Below, piece after piece: positions 27,624-37,200 of a DNA stretch of 64,000 nucleotides. The notes under the pieces are model-generated. The model saw only the letters and a list, made by a program, of their open reading frames with translations. It was not told the origin of the DNA and did not search any database. The stretch comes from Bacteroidota bacterium (GTDB lineage Bacteria > Bacteroidota > Bacteroidia > Bacteroidales > GCA-2748055), in NCBI GenBank assembly GCA_003648635.1, contig QMPQ01000001.1, positions 8,474 through 72,473 of the forward strand, given 5' to 3'. A program made the position numbers and the translations under genes. Each line of letters starts with the position of its first letter. The stretch's first letter is position 1.

Positions 27624-28541
27624 TTATTGGCTTGTTAATTCCCGGAAGACCTCTTCAAGGCTCTTTTTCTTTAAGGAAAGTGACAGGATAGTAAGTCCCT
27701 GACTGACAGCAAAATTAAAAATGTCGCCCCGGATATCGCGCAATTCGCGGGTTTCCAGTAAAAACTGGTTGTTTCCAATGGATTTCACGTGATCTATAAA
27801 AAGAAGTTTTTTCCAGATTTCTGGCTTAGTGACCTCATCCAGTTCAATATGGATGGTTTGTGTTAAGCCCGCACCTTTCTCTTTCAGGCGCTGGGCATCA
27901 TCGTCTGCAACAATCCCGCCATTATTTATGATAATGACCCTGTCGCAAATCGCTTCAACCTCCTGAAGGATATGGGTGGAGAGGAGCACCGTTTTCTCCT
28001 TTCCTATGTTGGAGACAAGATTACGGATTTCCACCAACTGGTTGGGATCCAGTCCCGAGGTAGGTTCATCAAGAATGAGGATTTCCGGATCATGGAGCAG
28101 GGCCTGAGCCAGCCCTACCCTTTGTCTGTATCCTTTTGAGAGATTACCGATCTTTTTGCTCACCTCACGGGAGAGCGATGTCATCTCAATAACTATTGAG
28201 ATCCGCTCCCTGGCCTCCTTCCCATTCAACTTATATAAGCCAGCCACGTATTGGAGGTATTCGCGGATATACATTTCATGGTAGAGGGGATTGTTCTCTG
28301 GCAGGTATCCGATCATTCCGCGGATCTCTCTCTGATGTTCAAGTGCACTTAGATCATTGATTCGTATCGATCCACTGTCGGGCGAAAGCGTCCCGGTAAT
28401 CATCTTCATGGTAGTGGACTTTCCTGCTCCGTTGGGGCCTATGAATCCTACAATCTCCCCGGTATGAACTTCAAAGGAGACCTTGTTCACTGCCAGCTGA
28501 GAACCGTATCGTTTGGAAATCTCTTTTACTGCAATGGACAT
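27624..28541 (-). CDS. gldA: ABC transporter ATP-binding protein, gliding-motility GldA-like
   Basis: 305 aa with Walker A GPNGAGKSTT, signature LSKGYRQRVGLAQAL and Walker B LILDEPTSGLD. The N-terminus MSIAVKEISKRYGSQ...GEIVGFIGPNGAGKST closely follows the GldA pattern as I remember it. No gldF/gldG is adjacent. Confidence 0.55.
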   Translation of the reverse strand: MSIAVKEISKRYGSQLAVNKVSFEVHTGEIVGFIGPNGAGKSTTMKMITGTLSPDSGSIRINDLSALEHQREIRGMIGYLPENNPLYHEMYIREYLQYVAGLYKLNGKEARERISIVIEMTSLSREVSKKIGNLSKGYRQRVGLAQALLHDPEILILDEPTSGLDPNQLVEIRNLVSNIGKEKTVLLSTHILQEVEAICDRVIIINNGGIVADDDAQRLKEKGAGLTQTIHIELDEVTKPEIWKKLLFIDHVKSIGNNQFLLETRELRDIRGDIFNFAVSQGLTILSLSLKKKSLEEVFRELTSQ

Positions 28542-28596
28542 AGGGAAATAGTTAGTGGTTAATAGTTAATGGTCGAAATCTAAAGGGCCTACGATT

Positions 28597-29445
28597 CTAA
28601 CCATACATGAACTGGCCCACCTTGGCGAAATTGGACTTGGGATTCACACACATCACCGGGATCTTTTCGCTGTTGGCAATAAGCATCTGTTCCTTCGCTC
28701 CAAAAATATAATCGAATTTGGTGATATGTTTGGTGGTGGTGATCAGAATCAGGTCGGCATTGATCTTTTTGCAGAAGGCTACTAAATCCTTCTGGTATCC
28801 AGTGGAACCCGATTTTGAGGATGAGTGAATTTCATACTCAATGTTGTTCTGGATCAAAAAGCGGATAGCAAAATTGAGATTAACATTGACCTTTTTCTGA
28901 AGATTCTTATCCAATACGGGCGCTTTGTAAAGGTGGATTTTCGAATTCAGGTATTTCCCCAGGAAGATGGCCCATTGTAGTTTTTCCTTGTTTTCAGATT
29001 TGAAATCGATTGGAAATACAATATCGGTGTATCTGTCCTTATCCGGGGGTTGATCCTGGACAACAATAAATGGAACGGTAGAACCGGCAATGACCTTCAG
29101 AGCCCAGCTACCAAAGAGTTTTTGTCCCCCTTTCATTCCATGGGTCCCCATCACAACAAAGTTGATATTATTTTCCTCCTTTGAGGCATAATCTGCTATC
29201 TCCTTGAAGATATTACCATAGTGTACAAAATACCCCACGTCTTCGCCAAGATCTTTCTTTATCTCCTCAGCTGTCTCTGCCATTCTTTTAGTGGCACCCT
29301 CCTCTTCAGATGGCTCATTCACAATATGAAACAAAATGATGTCGTTTTTTAGAATGTGAGCCAGCTTAATAGCATGCCTGAGTGCATTGTATGATACAGC
29401 AGAAAAATCCCAGGTAACCATAATGGATTTTCGCTCTTGCTCCAT
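28597..29445 (-). CDS. Universal stress protein (tandem UspA domains)
   Basis: 282 aa. Two Usp-like halves each end in a G..G...G-type block (VVMGTHGMKG), with C-terminal IPVMCV. Confidence 0.7.
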   Translation of the reverse strand: MEQERKSIMVTWDFSAVSYNALRHAIKLAHILKNDIILFHIVNEPSEEEGATKRMAETAEEIKKDLGEDVGYFVHYGNIFKEIADYASKEENNINFVVMGTHGMKGGQKLFGSWALKVIAGSTVPFIVVQDQPPDKDRYTDIVFPIDFKSENKEKLQWAIFLGKYLNSKIHLYKAPVLDKNLQKKVNVNLNFAIRFLIQNNIEYEIHSSSKSGSTGYQKDLVAFCKKINADLILITTTKHITKFDYIFGAKEQMLIANSEKIPVMCVNPKSNFAKVGQFMYG

Positions 29446-29526
29446 GGTCTTTTTTTTTTGGTCGAAAGTAAATTTAGTAGAATCTTTTTAGATTATAAAG
29501 TTAACGAATCGAATTTGATAAAATTG

Positions 29527-29534
29527 TATTTTTG
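29527..29534 (+). promoter_or_regulatory. -7 promoter box (TAnnTTTG) for asnS
   Basis: TATTTTTG lies 22 nt upstream of the asnS ATG. Confidence 0.5.
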
Positions 29535-29556
29535 TAGCTTGATTAAATAAAAGGAA

Positions 29557-30945
29557 ATGAAGAGATCGACAGTTAAGGAGTTGCTTGGTGCAACAGAGAA
29601 AGACAGAGAAGTATTGCTGAAAGGTTGGGTTCGGACCAGGCGTGGAAATAATCAGCTAGCTTTTATTGCAGTGAATGACGGAACCATTATCCATAGTATC
29701 CAGGTGGTAGCTGATCTGAATTCATTTCCGGAAGAGGAAATGAAAAGGATAACCACCGGCTGTAGCATCAGCGTCACCGGCACACTGGTTGAATCCATGG
29801 GTAAGGGCCAGAGCGTGGAGATACAGGCCAAAGAGATTGAGGTACTGGGTGACTCAGACCCCGATGCTTATCCTTTGCAGAAAAAGGGACACAGCTTTGA
29901 ATTTCTGCGGGAGATTGCACATTTAAGATTTCGGACCAATACCTTTGGCGCAGTTTTCCGGATCAGGCATGCACTTGCTTATGCCATCCATAAGTACTAC
30001 AACGATAAGGGATTTTTCAATTTGCACACCCCTATTATCACCGCTTCAGATGCTGAGGGAGCCGGAGCCATGTTTAAGGTAACTACGCTTGATTTGAAAA
30101 ACACTCCGGAAACCGAAGACGGAGACATCGATTTCAACCAGGATTTCTTTGCCCGTCCAACCAACCTGACGGTCTCAGGTCAGCTTGAGGGTGAACTTGG
30201 AGCCCTGGCACTCTCGTCCATTTATACTTTTGGACCTACTTTCCGTGCTGAGAATTCCAACACACCCCGTCATGTGGCCGAATTCTGGATGATTGAGCCT
30301 GAAATGGCTTTTTATGATATTCATGATAACATGGACCTGGCTGAGGATTTTCTGAAGTACCTGATCAGGTATACTCTTGAGCATTGCATGGATGACCTGG
30401 AATTCCTCAATAAAATGGTCGATAAGGGTTTGCTGGAACGTTTAAAGTTTGTCCTTGAGCATGACTTTGTAAGAAAGAGTTATACAGAGGCCGTTGAAAT
30501 CCTGATGAAGGCTGATAAAAAATTTGAGTTTCCGGTGGAGTGGGGACTGGACCTGCAGTCGGAGCATGAAAGATACCTGGTGGAGCAGCATTTTAAATGC
30601 CCGGTAATACTCACCGATTATCCCAGGGATATCAAAGCGTTCTATATGAAACAGAACGATGATGGACGTACCGTCCGGGCCATGGATGTTCTTTTTCCAC
30701 AGATTGGAGAGATTATTGGCGGATCGCAAAGAGAGGAAGAACTGGATAAGTTGCAAAACAGGATGAAAGAGATGGATATTCCTGAAGATGAATTGTGGTG
30801 GTACCTGGAAACTCGTAAATTTGGGACTGTTGAACATAGTGGTTTTGGATTAGGATTTGAACGCTTAATTATGTTTATTACAGGTATGAGTAATATCAGG
30901 GATGTGATTCCCTTCCCGCGCACACCAAGGAGTGCGGAGTTTTAA
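29557..30945 (+). CDS. asnS: Asparagine--tRNA ligase
   Basis: 462 aa. An N-terminal OB-fold region is followed by class II motifs ([34 protein letters not shown]). Confidence 0.95.
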   Translation: MKRSTVKELLGATEKDREVLLKGWVRTRRGNNQLAFIAVNDGTIIHSIQVVADLNSFPEEEMKRITTGCSISVTGTLVESMGKGQSVEIQAKEIEVLGDSDPDAYPLQKKGHSFEFLREIAHLRFRTNTFGAVFRIRHALAYAIHKYYNDKGFFNLHTPIITASDAEGAGAMFKVTTLDLKNTPETEDGDIDFNQDFFARPTNLTVSGQLEGELGALALSSIYTFGPTFRAENSNTPRHVAEFWMIEPEMAFYDIHDNMDLAEDFLKYLIRYTLEHCMDDLEFLNKMVDKGLLERLKFVLEHDFVRKSYTEAVEILMKADKKFEFPVEWGLDLQSEHERYLVEQHFKCPVILTDYPRDIKAFYMKQNDDGRTVRAMDVLFPQIGEIIGGSQREEELDKLQNRMKEMDIPEDELWWYLETRKFGTVEHSGFGLGFERLIMFITGMSNIRDVIPFPRTPRSAEF

Positions 30946-30954
30946 TTAGAAAAG

Positions 30955-32406
30955 ATGCTCAAACAAAGACTTCAGCAGAAATTATTACAAAAACTGTCAC
31001 CGCAGCAGATCCAAATGATCAAACTGCTGGAGATACCCGCCATTCAGCTGGAGCAACGGATCAAGAAAGAACTGGAAGAGAACCCGGTATTGGAGGAAGG
31101 AAGCGATGAGGGGGAAATTAGCGAGCCGGAAGAAATAAAAGAGGAGCAGTCGGGAGATCAGCTTGAGGAGTTTTCTCTGGAAGACTATATGCAGGATGAT
31201 GATACTCCCAGTTACAGGTTGAATGCGCAAAACTATTCGGCAGATGAAAAGCGGGAGGAGATCCCTTTCTCGCTTGGATCAACCTTTCGAGAACAGTTAA
31301 AGAGTCAGCTTGGATTGAGAAAGCTCACAGAAGAGCAGGAAGTTCTGGCTGAATATATCCTTGGAAACATTGACGATGACGCGTACCTGCGCCGAGAGCT
31401 GGAGGCCATTGCCGACGACCTGGCTTTTTCATCCGGCCTGGAGGCCTCCTATGAATCGCTGCACGAAGTTTTAATGATTATCCAGGAGTTAGACCCTGCT
31501 GGTGTGGGAGCAAGGAGCTTGCAGGAGTGCCTGTTGCTGCAGATAGAACGCAAGGACCTCGATCAACCGGTGACTGCAATGGCTTACTCTATTTTGAAAA
31601 ATCATTTCGAGGAATTTACCAATAAGCATTATGACAAGATTATACAGCGCCAGAATATTTCGGAGGAGGAATTGAAACTTGCTCTGGAGGAGATTTTGCG
31701 GCTCAACCCAAAGCCAGGTGGAGCCATGGGAGATTCTCAGTCCAAGTCCTTTCACCAGATCGTTCCAGATTTTATCCTGGAAGAGAATGAAGGCGACTTG
31801 CAACTATATCTCAATTCGAATAATGTGCCCGAACTCAGGTTGAGCAGGACTTATTCTGATATGTTTGAGAGTTATAACGCCAACAAGGCTTCAGCCAGTA
31901 AGGAAGAAAAGGATGCCATCACTTTTGTAAAGCAGAAGCTTGATTCTGCCAGGTGGTTTATAGATGCTATCCGGCAGCGGCAGAATACCATGCTGCTGAC
32001 CATGAATGCGATCCTGGAATATCAGGAGGACTATTTTTACGAAGGAGATGAGATCAGGATGCGTCCAATGATCCTGAAGGATATTGCCGATATGACCAAT
32101 CTAGATATCTCAACCATCTCGAGGGTAGTGAACAGCAAATACATTCAGACACATTTCGGGATCTATGCATTGAAATATTTCTTTTCTGAGGGGATGCAGA
32201 CCGATAGTGGTGAGGAAGTTTCTACCCGGGAGATTAAAAAAATCCTTCAGGATTGTATAAATAGCGAAGAGAAACGAAAGCCGCTGACCGATGACCGCTT
32301 AATGGGAATTCTGAATGAGAAGGGATACAAAATTGCGCGGCGGACGGTGGCCAAATACAGGGAGCAGCTGAGCTTACCAGTAGCCCGGTTGAGAAAGGAA
32401 CTTTAA
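30955..32406 (+). CDS. rpoN: RNA polymerase sigma-54 factor
   Basis: 483 aa. It has a Gln/Leu-rich N-terminus, an acidic region, and a C-terminal HTH and RpoN box ARRTVAKYREQL. Confidence 0.95.
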   Translation: MLKQRLQQKLLQKLSPQQIQMIKLLEIPAIQLEQRIKKELEENPVLEEGSDEGEISEPEEIKEEQSGDQLEEFSLEDYMQDDDTPSYRLNAQNYSADEKREEIPFSLGSTFREQLKSQLGLRKLTEEQEVLAEYILGNIDDDAYLRRELEAIADDLAFSSGLEASYESLHEVLMIIQELDPAGVGARSLQECLLLQIERKDLDQPVTAMAYSILKNHFEEFTNKHYDKIIQRQNISEEELKLALEEILRLNPKPGGAMGDSQSKSFHQIVPDFILEENEGDLQLYLNSNNVPELRLSRTYSDMFESYNANKASASKEEKDAITFVKQKLDSARWFIDAIRQRQNTMLLTMNAILEYQEDYFYEGDEIRMRPMILKDIADMTNLDISTISRVVNSKYIQTHFGIYALKYFFSEGMQTDSGEEVSTREIKKILQDCINSEEKRKPLTDDRLMGILNEKGYKIARRTVAKYREQLSLPVARLRKEL

Positions 32407-33020
32407 TGGAGCTTATGAAAAAAGCAGCCCCATTTTTCTCCTACCTGTTTCATCCACTTCTTATGCCCACACTGGGCCTACTTATTATTTTGAATTCGGG
32501 AACCTATCTTTCCTTGCTTGATCCTGCTGCAAAGCGAGCTATTATGTTTGTGATGGCACTTGGAACACTGGTTTTTCCTTTAATGATGCTTCCGGTTCTT
32601 CAATACCGAAGCCTGGTAATAAAAAACGGTCAGGTAGCCACAAAGGGAGAACAACTGGTTCCACAAATCATCATACTGGTACTTTATATCATCACCTTTG
32701 TCTATTTCAAAAGGCTCCCACTGAGTCAGGTGATTCATGCCTATGTGCTATCTGTGACCGGGACGTTTTTACTGGTATTGGTACTGAACCTGAGGTTTAG
32801 AATCTCGATTCATAGTGCAGCCATTGGGGGTGTGACAGGTTTGATTATTGCACTGATTTTTCTTTACGAAACTCCCTTGCAGGGTTTTCTTATGCTTAGC
32901 TTTCTTACTGGTGGCCTAACGGGCAGTTCAAGACTTGCGCTGGGCGATCACTGGGGAGAAGTGCTTAGCGGGTTTCTGCTGGGTCTTACTGTGGTTTTTC
33001 TGACGATTCTGGTATACTAG
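32406..33020 (+). CDS. Integral membrane protein (about 6 TM), weak PAP2-like C-terminal motif
   Basis: 204 aa. The start overlaps the rpoN stop (TAATG). SRLALGDH resembles the PAP2 SRx5H block, but the following Asp is absent. Confidence 0.4.
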   Translation: MELMKKAAPFFSYLFHPLLMPTLGLLIILNSGTYLSLLDPAAKRAIMFVMALGTLVFPLMMLPVLQYRSLVIKNGQVATKGEQLVPQIIILVLYIITFVYFKRLPLSQVIHAYVLSVTGTFLLVLVLNLRFRISIHSAAIGGVTGLIIALIFLYETPLQGFLMLSFLTGGLTGSSRLALGDHWGEVLSGFLLGLTVVFLTILVY

Positions 33021-33384
33021 CCGGGTCCTCCTTGTTATTTTCATCCAGCATCACATTCAGCTTAATCAACACATCGTTGTAGACCTGGTCCAGCAGTACC
33101 GGGTTCCGGGAGTAAACATACATGGTAGTATCGAACATCTGGCGGGTTACCAGGTGCTTGTCCAGGATAGGTGTTAAAATATCGATGCTGTCCACATCAT
33201 ATTTCCTGCCGAATCTCCTGTCCTGGGTTACCCCATCCATCAGGTGAATATCCACCAGCACATCGACCAGCACCTCACGTTCAACAAACTCTTTTCCCTT
33301 GATACTGGGATCCTTCTTACAGGCAGTAAAAGAGAGTGTCAGCAGGAGGATGAGGAGAACCGAATATTGGAGTCTGGAATTCAT
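32986..33384 (-). CDS. Small lipoprotein, DUF4296-like
   Basis: 132 aa with signal/lipobox LSFTACKKD. The block LVDVLVDIHLMDG matches the remembered DUF4296 pattern. The start overlaps the stop of the PorP/SprF gene by 1 nt. Confidence 0.5.
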   Translation of the reverse strand: MNSRLQYSVLLILLLTLSFTACKKDPSIKGKEFVEREVLVDVLVDIHLMDGVTQDRRFGRKYDVDSIDILTPILDKHLVTRQMFDTTMYVYSRNPVLLDQVYNDVLIKLNVMLDENNKEDPASIPESSEKPQ

Positions 33385-34280
33385 TACTTGATGTCGTTGA
33401 ATCGATACCCAATCATGATCTCATGCGATCCTGTGCTGTAATTACTTAGGTCGGAAATGCTAATGTCATAGGCGTAACCAAAGAAAAGCGTTTCATCGAA
33501 ACTATAACCTAGCATGATTCCAATGGCATCCTTGTAGCGGTATGATAGAGCACCCCATAGCATTCTTTGCCATTCAACTTTTGCAGTAAGATCGAAGGAG
33601 AGTTCTTTCGGTGCAGTACCTTTTATCATCAGTGAGGGCTCGATGAGCCAATCTTCATCTATCCAGAAGTGGTAAGCTCCGACCAGGTTGATATGGGTTT
33701 TCAGCCTGTTCACACCATCCTTATTGTCAAAGATCTTTACACTATTATTCAGAAGCTGGGCAATCGATAGGCCCACATAGAACTGTTCGGAGTATAGGTA
33801 AAGGCCAATTCCTGCGTCAGGCAGGTAAGAAGTACTGACTACCGAGAGAATGGCGGGGTCGGATACATCAGCTGGACTGAGCTGGGTACCATCGACTCGA
33901 TACTGCATAAGCCCGGCAGAAAGGCCCATTGATAGTCGCATATCACCTGTAACAGCAATATTATAGGCATAGGATCCCGTGACTCCTGTCCGGCTGGTAG
34001 GTCCGGTGACATCACTATATACATACCCGCCATATCCCATAGGCAGTGTGGCATGTGGACCATAAAAGGAAATGGAATTGGTCATGGGCGGATCCAGCAA
34101 TCCCACCCACTGAAACCTGTGATTGGTTCGGATCTGATAGTAATCATGTATACCGGCAATGGCTGGGTTGAGCACAAAATCATTGAACATGTACTGCGTA
34201 TAGTGAGGCATTTGCTGAGCCTGCAACCCGGTTGAACCAGCAATGATAATGAAGCATATGATGTATGTAATCCTTCTCAT
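33384..34280 (-). CDS. PorP/SprF-family type IX secretion outer-membrane protein (SprF-like partner of the upstream adhesin)
   Basis: 298 aa. After the signal peptide comes AQQMPHYTQYMFNDFVLNPAIAG, the family N-terminal signature. The C-terminus is GSHEIMIGYRF. The gene starts 1 nt after the adhesin stop. Confidence 0.8.
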   Translation of the reverse strand: MRRITYIICFIIIAGSTGLQAQQMPHYTQYMFNDFVLNPAIAGIHDYYQIRTNHRFQWVGLLDPPMTNSISFYGPHATLPMGYGGYVYSDVTGPTSRTGVTGSYAYNIAVTGDMRLSMGLSAGLMQYRVDGTQLSPADVSDPAILSVVSTSYLPDAGIGLYLYSEQFYVGLSIAQLLNNSVKIFDNKDGVNRLKTHINLVGAYHFWIDEDWLIEPSLMIKGTAPKELSFDLTAKVEWQRMLWGALSYRYKDAIGIMLGYSFDETLFFGYAYDISISDLSNYSTGSHEIMIGYRFNDIK

Positions 34281-34281
34281 G

Positions 34282-37200
34282 CTACCTGATTATTGTTACG
34301 TTCCCGGAAATTGGTTTGGCTCCCGGATAAGCGACAAGAATAAAATAATAGGTACCCAAAGGCACCTCTTTCCCACGTGCTGTCCCATCCCAACGTTTTC
34401 CACTGTCATAACCCACGCTTGAATAGAGTTTATGTCCCCACCTGTTATATACCTCAACCAGCATTTCCGGGAAACGTTCCGCATTTCTAATTTCGAAATA
34501 GTCATTGATTCCATCTCCATTGGGCGAAAATGCATTGTAGCCCTGTATATTTTCGATGACATCAATGAATACAGAGTCCACCTCCTCACAACCATCGCTA
34601 TTGATGGCAAAAACGTAATACCTGGTTGGCACTGCGGGAGTGGCAAGGGGATCAGGAACTGTACTGTTATCGAGTCCTGTTTGGGGCTCCCATCTGTACT
34701 GTTCGAAAGGCCCGCCTGTAGTTTCCAGCCGGATGGAATATCCCTCTATAACAAAGGTATCTTCGATTGTCTCCAGGCCCATTAATGGATGGATGTTCAC
34801 TGTTACCGAATCCTTGTTGTAGCACCCGTAGATGCTGGCGGTCTCGGTTATGGTCAGCACAAAAGTGCTTGTTGCAGTCATTCCGGAGGCCACCGGGTCC
34901 AGAATGTTCTCATCCGAAAGGTATGGAGATGGATCCCAGACGGGGATGCCGACTCCGGCGCCCTGTAGCTGAATGGAGGCTCCGGAACAGATGGAAGCAT
35001 CAGCTCCGGCATATGCATCCACTGTTACTTCGCTGCTTACGGTGATAGATTCGATCCTTGTACAGTTGATTCCATCGGTAATGATCAAGCCATAAACTCC
35101 GGCCAGAATGTTGGAACGGTCCTCTGCAGTACTACCATCGGACCAGAGGTAGCTAAAGGTACCCGTTCCCCCAGACACCGTTATATCGATGGCTCCTGTT
35201 TCGCTGAATGCATTACAGTGAGCAGAATCCGTAGTATGGCTGAAGAGTATTTCGGCAGGTTCTGTGAGGATGACTGCACCCGTAAAGAGCTTGCCAGCCT
35301 CATCCAGGGCCACAAGCAGGTATGTGATATTCCCGGGCAGATCAGTAAATAAGGGATCAGATTGGAAATTGGCCCCGTTATCGATGGAATACTGTACCGT
35401 TCCTTCTGCATCCTGAGGAACAAACTCAATGCTTCCGTCACTGGCTCCAAAACAGGATACATGGGAGACATTGACCAGTACGTCCAGAGGAGGTACATCC
35501 AGAATCAGTACCATCTCTTCATAGGTACATCCATCTGCATCCCGGACAATCACAAGGTAGCTGGCAGGTGCCAGGTCGGTGTATGTTGTTGTACCGGTAA
35601 AGGGACCCGCCAGGCCATTGATAGAATATTCATAGGGGGTCGTTCCTCCGGTGACATTTGATATGCTAATGGAACCCAGACTCCCATAGCTTGCATCAGT
35701 TTTAGTTACCATGGCCAGCACCGGAACGGGCTCGCTTATGCTTGCAGGAGCGGTAACTGTGCAACCATTGGCATCCCTGATCCAGGCGGTGTAGTCGCCT
35801 GCGGCCAGGCCATTGAATGTTCCCGTTGCCTGGTAGCTTATGTCATCCAGGGAGAATTCCCGAGGACCAGTCCCTCCCGATCCTGTTACAACAAGTCCTC
35901 CATTGGTATTACCAGCGCAAACAGTGACATCGATGATCGTGATATTATCTATGGACAGCACTGGTGGCGTTAGAATTACAACAGTGGTATCGTGGGTACA
36001 CGAATTGCCATCTATCAGGGTAATAACATGGGTACCCCCGGGCAGGTCCTGGAAATCGCCTGCTGTGACGGGTGGATCTCCATTCAGGGAATAGCGAACG
36101 GTGCCGGTTCCTCCTATTGCACTAATTTGGATTCTTCCTTCCTCACTATAAAAGCAGGAAGTGATATCATCCTGGACGTAGGATGTAATCTGAAATGGTG
36201 CCGGTTCCACAAGAACATTCAGATTACCAGGCACGAGACATCCGGTGGCATCTCTGACTACTGTTTGGTAGCTGCCGGGGGCCAGATTGGAGAATAGGTT
36301 GGTGGAATAGAAGTCTGCTCCGTTGTTTATGGAGTATGAATAGGGTGCAGTGCCTCCTGAAACTCCGTTAATGAAAATTGTCCCCAGAAGATTTCCAGGA
36401 CAAAAGTAAGTGGCGGTCTCACTCTGGATCAGAATCTCTGTGGGCTCCACGATGGTAATGGTATCTGTGATGACACACAGGTTGACATCCCTGGTCCAGA
36501 TGGTATATAAGCCGGGAGTCAATGAACCTAGGGTGGCTCCACCCTGGTAAGAGAGACCATCGCTTGAGAATTCGTAGCCGCCGGCTCCTCCTGCAGCTAA
36601 AACTGTTATGGTGCCATCTCCAGCACCGAAGCAACTAATATCAGTTTTGCTCAAACTGGCTGTGAGAGGCGGTGGTTCTGATATGGTAGCCAGATCTGCA
36701 AAGCTGAATATACAGCCGTTTGCATCGGTGATTACCAGGGAATAGGTATCGGCGGGTAATCCCACAGGATCCTGAATGCTGGAGACAGGTACTCCGGAAC
36801 TGTTGCTCCATTCATATATATAAGGTGCAATACCTCCGCTTACATCGATGTCAATGGTCCCGCTTGCATCACCATTACAAAGCACATCCTGGTGAGTATC
36901 GTAAGTAGCTACAACAGAGGATGGTTCAAGGATGGTTTCCTGATTTGAAAATAAGACAGAACAAAGGAAGGCATCACTTACGGTGACACTGTAACTTCCT
37001 GCTGCCAGTCCGCTAATATCTTCAGTTGTAGCTGTGAATCCAGACGGGCCGGTCCATGCAAAGGTATACGGGCCCAGGCCCCCGCTTATGGTGATATCAA
37101 TGGTCCCATCGCTGAGTCCGCCGCAGCTTATATCAGTTTTTACAGAGCTCACCAGGATTTCGGGGGTTTCTGCGATAGTGGCAATGTTTGTAAATGGTAC

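Noticed and set aside
29450-29459. T10 run (A10 on the coding strand) 5 nt upstream of the universal-stress-protein start codon, considered as a phase-variation tract
   Set aside because: A-rich tracts just upstream of start codons are the normal translation-initiation context in SD-poor Bacteroidota. The tract is outside the coding frame and is not at a promoter spacer that I can define.
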